This document shows positions 1 through 7,525 of a DNA stretch of 64,000 nucleotides, in pieces. Origin of the DNA: Bacillota bacterium (GTDB taxonomy: Bacteria; Bacillota; Clostridia; Peptostreptococcales; Anaerovoracaceae). The notes beneath the pieces are model-generated. The model had not been told where the DNA came from and did not search any database. It saw only the letters and a program-made list of their open reading frames with translations. The position numbers and the translations under genes were made by a program. Within the stretch, counting starts at the first letter, position 1. Every line of letters begins with the position of its first letter. The stretch is taken from contig JAETTD010000011.1 in assembly GCA_021769295.1 (NCBI GenBank), forward strand, positions 134 to 64,133. The letters run 5' to 3'.

Positions 1-60
1 AAATTATTATCAAAAAATTGTTAGATTATTTATATTGATTCTAATTTGATATGTGTAGTT

Positions 61-94
61 TAGACTCCATATTCGAAAGTGGATATGGAGTCTA
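61..94 (+). terminator. Stem-loop, possibly the terminator of a gene lying upstream of the window
   Basis: Perfect 12-bp inverted repeat TAGACTCCATAT (61-72) / ATATGGAGTCTA (83-94) with a 10-nt loop, followed by TATTTA. The T-tract is weak. Confidence 0.3.
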
Positions 95-124
95 TATTTA
101 ATAAGTTAAATAAAAGGGAGAATT

Positions 125-964
125 ATGAGCAACCAAAGAAGCGCAAGCAACAAGAACAATAGAAAAAAAACTCCTGCAAGACCAAAGAAGCGAAAATATG
201 CCGATGACCGCACACCTACGGTTAAAAAAATCGACCGTGTGTGTAAAGTCTTGGCTTTTGTTTTAGCGGCTCTTCTGATAGCCAACGTGCATGTTCTCGT
301 GGGCGGCGGCGGATATGACGATACTGAAATCGTACCGGTTTTGGGAATTGCCGACAGTAAGGTGGAAACCGACGTAATGGAGCCGGAAATCAAGGCAAAG
401 AGCGCAGTATTCACCAAAACGAATGGAAGCTATGAAGAGGGAGATGTTGTTCAGTACTTCGACGGTAAATATAATCCCGTGAGAAGAATTATTGAAATCT
501 CGGAGGACGAAAAAACTTATACTCTGCTCGGGGATAACGAAGCTACCTCGGATTCCGTAAAAGTAAAGGCCGAAGATATAAGAGGAAAAGTTATTTTCAG
601 CTCAAAGAGCCTGTATGGGTTTATGAAAGTCTATCATACGACATTAGGCGCTGCTATTACCATGGTAATATCCATGCTTCTGATTGTAATGGGAGATATT
701 CTGATGTTTAAAAAGCGAAAAGCCGCTCTTAAGGAGAGACGAGAAGCGCAGGCAAGAAAAGAGGCACGAAAGCTTAAAGTTAAGCAGGGTATAGAAGAAG
801 CCGGAGCTGCAGAAGAGGAAAACCCTATCGAAAAGCGCCGCGCCGAAAAAGAAGCCAAGCTTCAAAAAGAGCGTGCTGAAATTGCTGCCGAAATGAAGGA
901 AATCCAAAAGAAGATGAAAGCTGAAGAGCAAGAATTAAAACAGGGAAAGAGAGGTAAAAAGTAA
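125..964 (+). CDS. Membrane protein related to SipW/ER-type (S26B) signal peptidase, apparently lacking the catalytic dyad, with a Lys/Glu-rich C-terminal tail
   Basis: 279-aa ORF with AAGGGAG 4 nt before the ATG. Basic N-terminus plus a TM helix. Motifs TDVMEPEI, GDVVQY, NPVRRIIEI and LLGDNEATSDS resemble the S26 boxes, but Val and Arg sit at the Ser and His/Lys positions. A second TM helix is followed by a K/E/A-rich tail. Confidence 0.6.
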   Translation: MSNQRSASNKNNRKKTPARPKKRKYADDRTPTVKKIDRVCKVLAFVLAALLIANVHVLVGGGGYDDTEIVPVLGIADSKVETDVMEPEIKAKSAVFTKTNGSYEEGDVVQYFDGKYNPVRRIIEISEDEKTYTLLGDNEATSDSVKVKAEDIRGKVIFSSKSLYGFMKVYHTTLGAAITMVISMLLIVMGDILMFKKRKAALKERREAQARKEARKLKVKQGIEEAGAAEEENPIEKRRAEKEAKLQKERAEIAAEMKEIQKKMKAEEQELKQGKRGKK

Positions 965-1308
965 TGCTTGACGTGATTATCTATATCTGTGCTTACCTTT
1001 CGGGTCTGTTCTTTGGAGTGATGATTTTTACGATTATCGAGAATTCATCCAAAGGTTTCAGACAGTTTGTAAGAAAACTATGCCAAAAGATTCCTTTCTA
1101 CTTCAGAAGAATTATTATGTGGGTGGCATTGATTGTATTTGCCATAGTCGGATATTTCTTCCTCGGCTGGGGAATGACGCGCGGAGGTCTTATCTGTGGT
1201 ATGCTGGGCGGTGTATTTATGTACTTTAAGGCAGGCGTAACCATGGGAAATAACCCTGACCCTTATAACAAAGAGCGCAAAAAAAAGATGAAAAAGTTAA
1301 AAAAATAA
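964..1308 (+). CDS. Small integral membrane protein (about 3 TM) with a Lys-rich C-terminus
   Basis: 114-aa ORF whose ATG overlaps the upstream stop (TAATG, 962-966). Hydrophobic segments at LDVIIYICAYLSGLFFGVMIFTII, IIMWVALIVFAIVGYFFLGW and GLICGMLGGVFMYF. Followed by a terminator. Confidence 0.55.
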   Translation: MLDVIIYICAYLSGLFFGVMIFTIIENSSKGFRQFVRKLCQKIPFYFRRIIMWVALIVFAIVGYFFLGWGMTRGGLICGMLGGVFMYFKAGVTMGNNPDPYNKERKKKMKKLKK

Positions 1309-1321
1309 AAGCGAAAATATA

Positions 1322-1345
1322 GGGGCTGTTTTGCAGCCCCTTTTT
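1322..1345. terminator. Bidirectional rho-independent terminator between convergent genes
   Basis: GGGGCTG (1322-1328) / CAGCCCC (1334-1340) stem with a 5-nt loop and TTTTT at 1341-1345. An A/T-rich tract on the other side serves the minus-strand LysE gene. Confidence 0.8.
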
Positions 1346-1347
1346 GA

Positions 1348-1962
1348 TTATATGATAAGTTGTATAAAACTCCATAAAAGTTTAAATCCGTAGAAGATTA
1401 TTACCACTCCGCATACTATGTTTATGATTCTCAATGTCTTATCAGTAAACTTGGCGCTGAAAAGAGAAATAATCGTCGATATGGATAAGAACCAGATAAC
1501 CGATGCAGATGCAAATCCCCCCACAAAGAAGAAATCCGTGCCTGCCGGCAAAGTGGCCTTAAATGCTCCAAGCATCATGCTTCCGTCTATAAGAGCCTGA
1601 GGGTTGAACCATGTGACCACGCAGGCGGTGGTTATTACCTTTAGAATAGGAACGTTGACGTCTTTGCTCGTATCTACGGTATCATCCTTGGAACGGACAA
1701 GGCCGATACCAATCCATATTACTATTAAGCTTCCCACCAGAAGGACTATCATTTCAAGCCATACGGAAGCCTCCATTAAGGCTCCTATTCCGAAGAAGCA
1801 GGCAAGTCCGAGGGTGACGTCAAAGAAGATTACTATGAGAGCCGTCAGGTAGACCCTGGGTTTAGGCTGTGTAAGCGCTGTGTTGATTACAAATAAATTT
1901 TGAAGGCCGATAGGGGCAACATATGCAAGGCCCATGGTCAGCCCTTGAAGGTAAATGTCCAT
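1348..1962 (-). CDS. LysE/ArgO-family amino-acid exporter
   Basis: 204 aa and about 6 TM. The N-terminus YLQGLTMGLAYVAPIGLQNLFVIN is typical of the LysE family. GGAGG RBS. Confidence 0.85.
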   Translation of the reverse strand: MDIYLQGLTMGLAYVAPIGLQNLFVINTALTQPKPRVYLTALIVIFFDVTLGLACFFGIGALMEASVWLEMIVLLVGSLIVIWIGIGLVRSKDDTVDTSKDVNVPILKVITTACVVTWFNPQALIDGSMMLGAFKATLPAGTDFFFVGGFASASVIWFLSISTIISLFSAKFTDKTLRIINIVCGVVIIFYGFKLLWSFIQLII

Positions 1963-2087
1963 TCTTTATTCCTCCATACTCTGAAAAATATATTTACTCT
2001 TAAAATTTTACCTGATATAATTATATTACTATTTATACGCCATATCAAGAGTGCAAAAAAAAGCAACTAAGTAAGGAGGAACTTACT

Positions 2088-2447
2088 ATGATAGAGACCC
2101 ATTACGACTGTCCGTGTTTGGAAAACTGCCCATTGAGCTATGCCATGTCTATAATAGGCGGTAAGTGGAAGATGCAAATACTTTGTACCCTCAACAATCA
2201 TGGCACACTGAGATACAACGAACTCAGAAAGAAGATGACCGGAATATCCAATACCATGCTGGCGAGCGCATTGCGTGAGCTTGAAGAAGCAGGACTGGTG
2301 CAAAGGGTAGAGTATCTGGAGGTGCCTATAAGGGTAGAATATTCGTCAACGGAGGTATGCGACAGGCTTATGCCTGTGCTCGAATCTCTCAGCGATTGGG
2401 GAGAAGAAATGATGAGTATGGCTAAAGAAAAGGGTAAGGAGGAGTGA
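2088..2447 (+). CDS. HxlR-family winged-helix transcriptional regulator
   Basis: 119 aa. [22 protein letters not shown]...LRYNELRK...[19 protein letters not shown] matches the HxlR signature. Divergent from the exporter. AAGGAGG RBS. Confidence 0.85.
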   Translation: MIETHYDCPCLENCPLSYAMSIIGGKWKMQILCTLNNHGTLRYNELRKKMTGISNTMLASALRELEEAGLVQRVEYLEVPIRVEYSSTEVCDRLMPVLESLSDWGEEMMSMAKEKGKEE

Positions 2448-2448
2448 G

Positions 2449-3201
2449 ATGAAACTGGTTTCGTGGAACGTCAACGGGCTGCGCGCCGTCATGGGCAAAG
2501 GCTTCATGGATTTTTTCAGCGCAGCGGATGCCGATATCTTTTGCCTGCAGGAAACCAAGCTGCAAGAAGGCCAGATAGAAATGGATTTACCGGGATATTA
2601 TCAGTACTGGAATTACGCTGAGAAAAAGGGATATTCGGGTACAGCGGTATTTACCAAGATAAAGCCCATTTCGGTAACTTACGGAATAGGCATGGAAGAG
2701 CATGACAGGGAGGGCCGGGTGATAACCCTCGAGTTTGAGGACTTTTACTTTATTACGGTTTACACTCCCAATTCGCAGGATGAACTTAAGCGCCTTGAGT
2801 ATCGCATGAAGTGGGAGGACGACTTTCTCGCATATATTAAAGGTTTGGAAGAAAAGAAGCCCGTGATATACGCAGGAGACTTAAATGTGGCAAGACTGGA
2901 AATAGATATAAAAAATCCTAAGACAAACCGCCGTAATGCTGGATTTACGGATGAAGAACGCGGCAAAATGGAGAATGTGCTCGCAAACGGATTTATAGAT
3001 ACTTTCAGGTATTTTTATCCCGAAAAAGAATCGGTTTATTCGTGGTGGTCATACAGGTTTAAAGCCCGTGAGAGGAACGCGGGTTGGAGAATAGACTACT
3101 TTATTGCGTCCCGGGGCTTGAAGGACAGGCTTAAAGATGCTAAAATTCATACAGATATATTGGGCTCGGATCACTGCCCGGTAGAACTTGACATCGTGTA
3201 G
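2449..3201 (+). CDS. xth: Exodeoxyribonuclease III (AP endonuclease)
   Basis: 250 aa. Motifs [25 protein letters not shown] and C-terminal GSDHCPV. Confidence 0.92.
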   Translation: MKLVSWNVNGLRAVMGKGFMDFFSAADADIFCLQETKLQEGQIEMDLPGYYQYWNYAEKKGYSGTAVFTKIKPISVTYGIGMEEHDREGRVITLEFEDFYFITVYTPNSQDELKRLEYRMKWEDDFLAYIKGLEEKKPVIYAGDLNVARLEIDIKNPKTNRRNAGFTDEERGKMENVLANGFIDTFRYFYPEKESVYSWWSYRFKARERNAGWRIDYFIASRGLKDRLKDAKIHTDILGSDHCPVELDIV

Positions 3202-3210
3202 GAGGATAAC

Positions 3211-3993
3211 ATGAAAAAGATAGGATTTATAGGAATGGGAAATATGGCTCAGGCTATGGTCAGAGGTTTTACCCAATCGGAAAAAATAAACGGCCGGGAT
3301 ATATACGCCTTTGCGCCAAATCAGGAAAAACTGATAAAAAACTGCGGTATATTGGGCATCAATCCTTGCGCAACTGCAGCGGAAGCAGTGGAAAAGAGCG
3401 AAATGATTTTTATGGCATGCAAGCCTTATCAGATAGATGACGTAATAAAAACTCTCGGCTCCAAGCTGGGGGGAAAGTCCATAGTTTCTGTTGCCGCAGG
3501 CTGGGATTTTGACAGATACAGAAAGGCATTGCCTGAAAGTACAAAAGTGCAGTGCATTATGCCTAACACACCGGTATCGGTGTCAAAGGGCGTGCTGCTA
3601 ATTGAGGAAGAAAATGATTTACCCGAAGAAGACCGTAATTTCCTCTTAGAGCTGCTTGAAAGCGTAGGAAAGGTCATAGAACTGCCAAGCCGCCTTATGG
3701 AGGCAGGAAGCGCTGTTTCGGGCTGCGGTCCGGCTTTTATGGATATGATAATAGAAGCTATAGGAGACGCAGCGGTCAAAAATGGAATTCAACGCAAGCA
3801 GGCTTACGAAATGGTGTGCCAGACCATGATAGGCAGCGCAGAACTGCAGCTTAAAACCGGAATTCATCCGGGACAGCTTAAGGACAATGTCTGCTCGCCG
3901 GGCGGAACTACCATAAGAGGAGTAGCCGCTCTTGAAGAGGCAGGCATGAGGTCAGCATTTATAAAAGCCATAGACGCTGTAATAAAGGGATAG
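3211..3993 (+). CDS. proC: Pyrroline-5-carboxylate reductase
   Basis: 260 aa. Rossmann motif [13 protein letters not shown]. The C-terminal [15 protein letters not shown] is typical of P5CR. Confidence 0.9.
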   Translation: MKKIGFIGMGNMAQAMVRGFTQSEKINGRDIYAFAPNQEKLIKNCGILGINPCATAAEAVEKSEMIFMACKPYQIDDVIKTLGSKLGGKSIVSVAAGWDFDRYRKALPESTKVQCIMPNTPVSVSKGVLLIEEENDLPEEDRNFLLELLESVGKVIELPSRLMEAGSAVSGCGPAFMDMIIEAIGDAAVKNGIQRKQAYEMVCQTMIGSAELQLKTGIHPGQLKDNVCSPGGTTIRGVAALEEAGMRSAFIKAIDAVIKG

Positions 3994-4079
3994 CTTTGCA
4001 TGTAAACCCTCCTGTGAATAGTTTTTCGGAATATGGGAAAAGTATCCTAAAGAAGACTATTTATATGCGGAGGGATAAA

Positions 4080-4613
4080 ATGGAGTTAAAAAATTCTAAA
4101 ACCGAGGCTAATCTTATGGCAGCCTATTCGGGAGAATCGCAGGCGAGAAACAAATACAGCTTCTATGCCGGAGTGGCAAAAAACGAGGGCTATGAGCAGA
4201 TAGCCGCCATATTTGAAGAAACGGCCCATAACGAAAAAGAGCATGCAGAGATTTGGTTCAAGCTCCTTGGAGGCATAGGAACCACACCGGATAATCTGCT
4301 TGCAGGCATTGCGGGCGAAAACTACGAATGGACTGTGATGTACGACCAGTTCGCCAAGGAAGCAGATGAAGAAGGCTTCACCGAAATTGCCGCCAAATTC
4401 AGAATGGTGGCAGCTATCGAAAAGACTCACGAGGAAAGGTATCAGGCGTTGCTTGATAATGTGAAAAAGGGAGAGGTATTTAAAAAGCCTGAAGAAACTT
4501 TATGGAGATGCAGAAACTGCGGTCACGAGTATTACGGCACGGAAGCACCGCAGATATGCCCTGTATGCGAGCATCTTCAATCCTACTTTGAAGTAAAACC
4601 TGAAAATTATTAA
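4080..4613 (+). CDS. rbr: Rubrerythrin
   Basis: I start at ATG 4080, preceded by GGAGGG. The ORF-track TTG at 3996 adds a non-homologous extension. Di-iron ExxH motifs ([22 protein letters not shown]) plus a C-terminal rubredoxin-like CRNCGH...CPVCEH. Confidence 0.9.
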   Translation: MELKNSKTEANLMAAYSGESQARNKYSFYAGVAKNEGYEQIAAIFEETAHNEKEHAEIWFKLLGGIGTTPDNLLAGIAGENYEWTVMYDQFAKEADEEGFTEIAAKFRMVAAIEKTHEERYQALLDNVKKGEVFKKPEETLWRCRNCGHEYYGTEAPQICPVCEHLQSYFEVKPENY

Positions 4614-4695
4614 GAGACTGAGGAGAGCCCTTTTTATAGAAGCTCTCCTCATAATATATATGGAATTTGATATCCGGCAGAGTTTGTGCTAAAAT

Positions 4696-5178
4696 ATGCC
4701 TATGAATACAGACTATATGGAGACGCCGCTGGGCATTCTCAGGATTACGGCTGAAAACGGCAAGATTAAAGAGATACACTCTATGAGAAAGGATGAACCA
4801 CGCTCGGAAACCACATGCAGAGATTGGATTATTGAGGAGGCGGAAAAGCAACTGTCCGAGTATTTTGACGGAAAGCGCCGGAACTTTGAACTGGAACTGG
4901 ATTTCAGTTCGGGAAGCGAATTTCAGCAAAAAATATGGAAAGTCCTTTCGGAGATTCCTTATGGAAAGACTCTGTCCTATGGGCAGGTTGCAAGGTTGGC
5001 GGGAAATCCAAAGGGAAGCAGAGCCTGCGGCAATGCGGTGGGAGCCAACCCATTTTTAATCGTAATACCGTGTCACCGTGTTATAAAGGGTGACGGAAGC
5101 ATAGGCGGCTTTGGAGCAGGTATTGAAAAAAAGAAAATTTTATTCGGAATCGAAGGAATAGAGTTATGCAAAAAATAA
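4696..5178 (+). CDS. ogt: Methylated-DNA--protein-cysteine methyltransferase
   Basis: 160 aa. Active-site motif IVIPCHRVI and helix-turn-helix YGQVARLAGNPKGSRACGNA. Confidence 0.88.
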   Translation: MPMNTDYMETPLGILRITAENGKIKEIHSMRKDEPRSETTCRDWIIEEAEKQLSEYFDGKRRNFELELDFSSGSEFQQKIWKVLSEIPYGKTLSYGQVARLAGNPKGSRACGNAVGANPFLIVIPCHRVIKGDGSIGGFGAGIEKKKILFGIEGIELCKK

Positions 5179-5849
5179 GAGAGCTGCTGTTTGAGCAGCA
5201 GGATTTAAAATACAGGGATTTTCACAGCAAACTTGTTCCCAATATAGATAAAGAGCGCATAATCGGAGTCAGAACTCCCGTAATGAGAAAGCTGGCCAAA
5301 AAACTGGCAAAGGAACAGAACTTTAAAGAGTTTATGGCGGAGCTTCCTCATTATTACTACGAAGAAAATAACCTTCACGGTTTTCTGATAGGGGAGGTAG
5401 CCAAGACGCCCAAAGAGGCTCTTGAAATGATAGATGAACTGCTGCCTTATGTGGACAACTGGGCGACATGCGATTGCCTGCCTCCTAAGATTTTAAAAAA
5501 AGACCTTGAACTTCTTCGCCGGACCATAATGCCGTGGCTTGAAAGCAAACAGGTGTACAGAGTGAGGTTTGCCATAGTGGCGATGCTGCAATTTCTGCTG
5601 GAAGAAGGGTTTAAACAGGAGGATTTGACGAAGCTGGCTGATATAAAATCCGATGAATATTACATAAACATGGCCATTGCATGGTATTACAGCTTTGCGC
5701 TGATTAAACAATACGACTGCGCCGTAAAGCTGATTGAATCTAAAAAGCTGGATAAGTGGATTCAAAACAAATCCATTCAGAAAGCCATAGAAAGCTATCG
5801 GATAAGCCCGGAGAAAAAGGCTTACCTGAAGACTCTTAAAATTAAGTAG
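5166..5849 (+). CDS. DNA alkylation repair protein (AlkC/AlkD-like HEAT-repeat family)
   Basis: 227 aa. The start overlaps ogt by 13 nt. The N-terminus DLKYRDFHSKLVPN...IGVRTPVMRKLAKKL is typical of the family. Confidence 0.78.
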   Translation: MQKIRELLFEQQDLKYRDFHSKLVPNIDKERIIGVRTPVMRKLAKKLAKEQNFKEFMAELPHYYYEENNLHGFLIGEVAKTPKEALEMIDELLPYVDNWATCDCLPPKILKKDLELLRRTIMPWLESKQVYRVRFAIVAMLQFLLEEGFKQEDLTKLADIKSDEYYINMAIAWYYSFALIKQYDCAVKLIESKKLDKWIQNKSIQKAIESYRISPEKKAYLKTLKIK

Positions 5850-5865
5850 AAGAGAGGTAAGATAT

Positions 5866-6471
5866 ATGGAATACATAGGAGATGTAATTTATGATTACGC
5901 CGGCGGCCTGTACATAAACATGACAAATAAATGTCCGTGCAGATGCGAGTTTTGCATAAGGGATATGGTGGATTCTCTCGGAGAAGCGGACAGCCTGTGG
6001 CTCAAGAGAGAACCTTCGCCGGAGGAAGTGCTTCAGCTTATTGAAGAGACGGATTTAAGCAGATATGATGAAGTGGTGTTTTGCGGCTACGGCGAGCCGA
6101 CCGAAAGGCTGGACTTGCTCCTTGACGTATGCGACTACGTAAAAGAAAATACGAGCCTGAAAACACGGCTTAACACCAACGGTCTTTCGGACCTGATATA
6201 CAAAAGAAGCACTGCTGCGGATTTTAAGGATAAACTTGACGCAATCTCCATAAGCCTTAATGCGCCTACGGCAGAAAAATACGACAGGCTCTGTCATCCG
6301 AAGTTCGGAGAGGACGCCTTCAAAGCCATAATAAAATTTACGGAGGACGTAAAAAAGTACGTGGATGATGTCACCATGTCCGTCGTGGGAAGCAGCATAA
6401 GCGCCGAAGATATAAAGGAATGCGAGATTATCGCTACCCAAAAATTAGGGGTAAAATTCAGAGTACGTTAG
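5866..6471 (+). CDS. Small radical SAM protein (TatD-associated type)
   Basis: 201 aa. CX3CX2C cluster motif in NKCPCRCEFC, and GYGEPT. The family assignment is from memory of the TIGR04038-like N-terminus. Confidence 0.78.
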   Translation: MEYIGDVIYDYAGGLYINMTNKCPCRCEFCIRDMVDSLGEADSLWLKREPSPEEVLQLIEETDLSRYDEVVFCGYGEPTERLDLLLDVCDYVKENTSLKTRLNTNGLSDLIYKRSTAADFKDKLDAISISLNAPTAEKYDRLCHPKFGEDAFKAIIKFTEDVKKYVDDVTMSVVGSSISAEDIKECEIIATQKLGVKFRVR

Positions 6472-6482
6472 AGAGGGGAAAG

Positions 6483-7217
6483 ATGAAGAAACAATACAGA
6501 CACGAAAGATGCATTAACACCTATGAAGGTGACCACAATAAAATAGTAAGGGCATCCGGATTGCTGCAAGAGATGCAGGAGGCCGGAAGACTTCAGATGA
6601 AAGTTCAAAAACCGTCATATGAAGACTTGCAAAATGAGGGAAAAACCTTGATGCTCAGCCGATTGGATATGGAGGTATACGAGCCGGTATATGTAGGCGA
6701 AACAATAACGGTATCTTCATGGCCGTGCGAGAGCAGCAGAGCCACGTTCCTGCGTTGTTACGATATACAAAAGGATGGACGTGTACTGGCTGAAATTGCA
6801 AGCCAGTGGGCCCTTGTAGACATGGAAAGCAGAAAGGTTCTGAAGACAGACGAAGTGGATTTTTCCAATTATTATGTGGGAGAATACAAGGAACTGTACA
6901 GGGGAAAGCTTAGAATACCTAAAGATGAATCCTTTGAAGAGGTTGAAAAGTATAAGGTAAGATATTCCGATTTGGATTCCAACGGCCATATGAACAACAC
7001 CTATTATCTCGACGTACTGAGCAACCACATTCCTGAGCTGGCTGCAGGCGGGTATATGGTCAAATCCGTCAGGGTGCATTACAGCAAGGAAGCTCCTTAT
7101 GGGGATGTGATTACCGTATTCAGAGCAAAGCCTGACGAAAGCAGATATATATTCAAGACAGTCAAGGAAAGCGGAGAGCTGAACTTGGAAGCCGAGATAG
7201 TTATAAAGGCTGTTTAG
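6483..7217 (+). CDS. Acyl-ACP thioesterase
   Basis: I start at ATG 6483 (GAGAGGGGAAAG RBS) rather than the ORF-track 6420, which overlaps the previous gene. Double hot-dog architecture with RYSDLDSNGHMNNTYYLD. Confidence 0.78.
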   Translation: MKKQYRHERCINTYEGDHNKIVRASGLLQEMQEAGRLQMKVQKPSYEDLQNEGKTLMLSRLDMEVYEPVYVGETITVSSWPCESSRATFLRCYDIQKDGRVLAEIASQWALVDMESRKVLKTDEVDFSNYYVGEYKELYRGKLRIPKDESFEEVEKYKVRYSDLDSNGHMNNTYYLDVLSNHIPELAAGGYMVKSVRVHYSKEAPYGDVITVFRAKPDESRYIFKTVKESGELNLEAEIVIKAV

Positions 7218-7246
7218 GAGATGAATTTAATTCAGAGCCAAAAACA

Positions 7247-7480
7247 AGACTGCCGTAAATCTTAAATTTTCTTTGAATTGCGGCATTTTGACCGCAGTGA
7301 TAAGGCTCAAATTGCCGTAAAGTTCTCAATTTCTTTTAAATACGGCATTTTATAAGCCGTAGGAAGGGTGAAACTGCCGTAAATTTGAAATTTTTCTTAG
7401 TTTCCGGCATTTTGGCGGGAAATAAGGTAGCAAAAGTGCCGCAAATGGGAGATTTCCTTAAATTTGCGGCACTTTACAAT
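7247..7480 (+). repeat. Array of four hairpin units phased at 62 nt (TGCCG...CGGCA family)
   Basis: TGCCG at 7251, 7313, 7375 and 7437. CGGCA at 7281, 7343, 7405 and 7467. The period is exactly 62 nt and the arm offset is exactly 30 nt. Spacers carry ATAAGG. Confidence 0.9.
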
Positions 7481-7525
7481 TCAGACGATTGCGGTGGCAC
7501 CATTTCTGAAAATGTACGATTCTTA

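Noticed and set aside
3996-4079. TTG-initiated 28-codon extension of the rubrerythrin ORF. Similar upstream extensions occur at 6420, 11188, 34102, 46062, 47380, 49174, 49297, 54847 and 62195.
   Set aside because: In each case an internal ATG with a good Shine-Dalgarno sequence coincides with the start of recognisable homology. The extension either overlaps the preceding gene or has no coding character.
7247-7480. CRISPR array interpretation of the 62-nt periodic units (also 51133-51360)
   Set aside because: The repeats are imperfect. The conserved parts are two short complementary arms rather than a 25-37-nt identical repeat. The spacers share sequence (ATAAGG), there are only 4 units, and no cas genes lie in the window.
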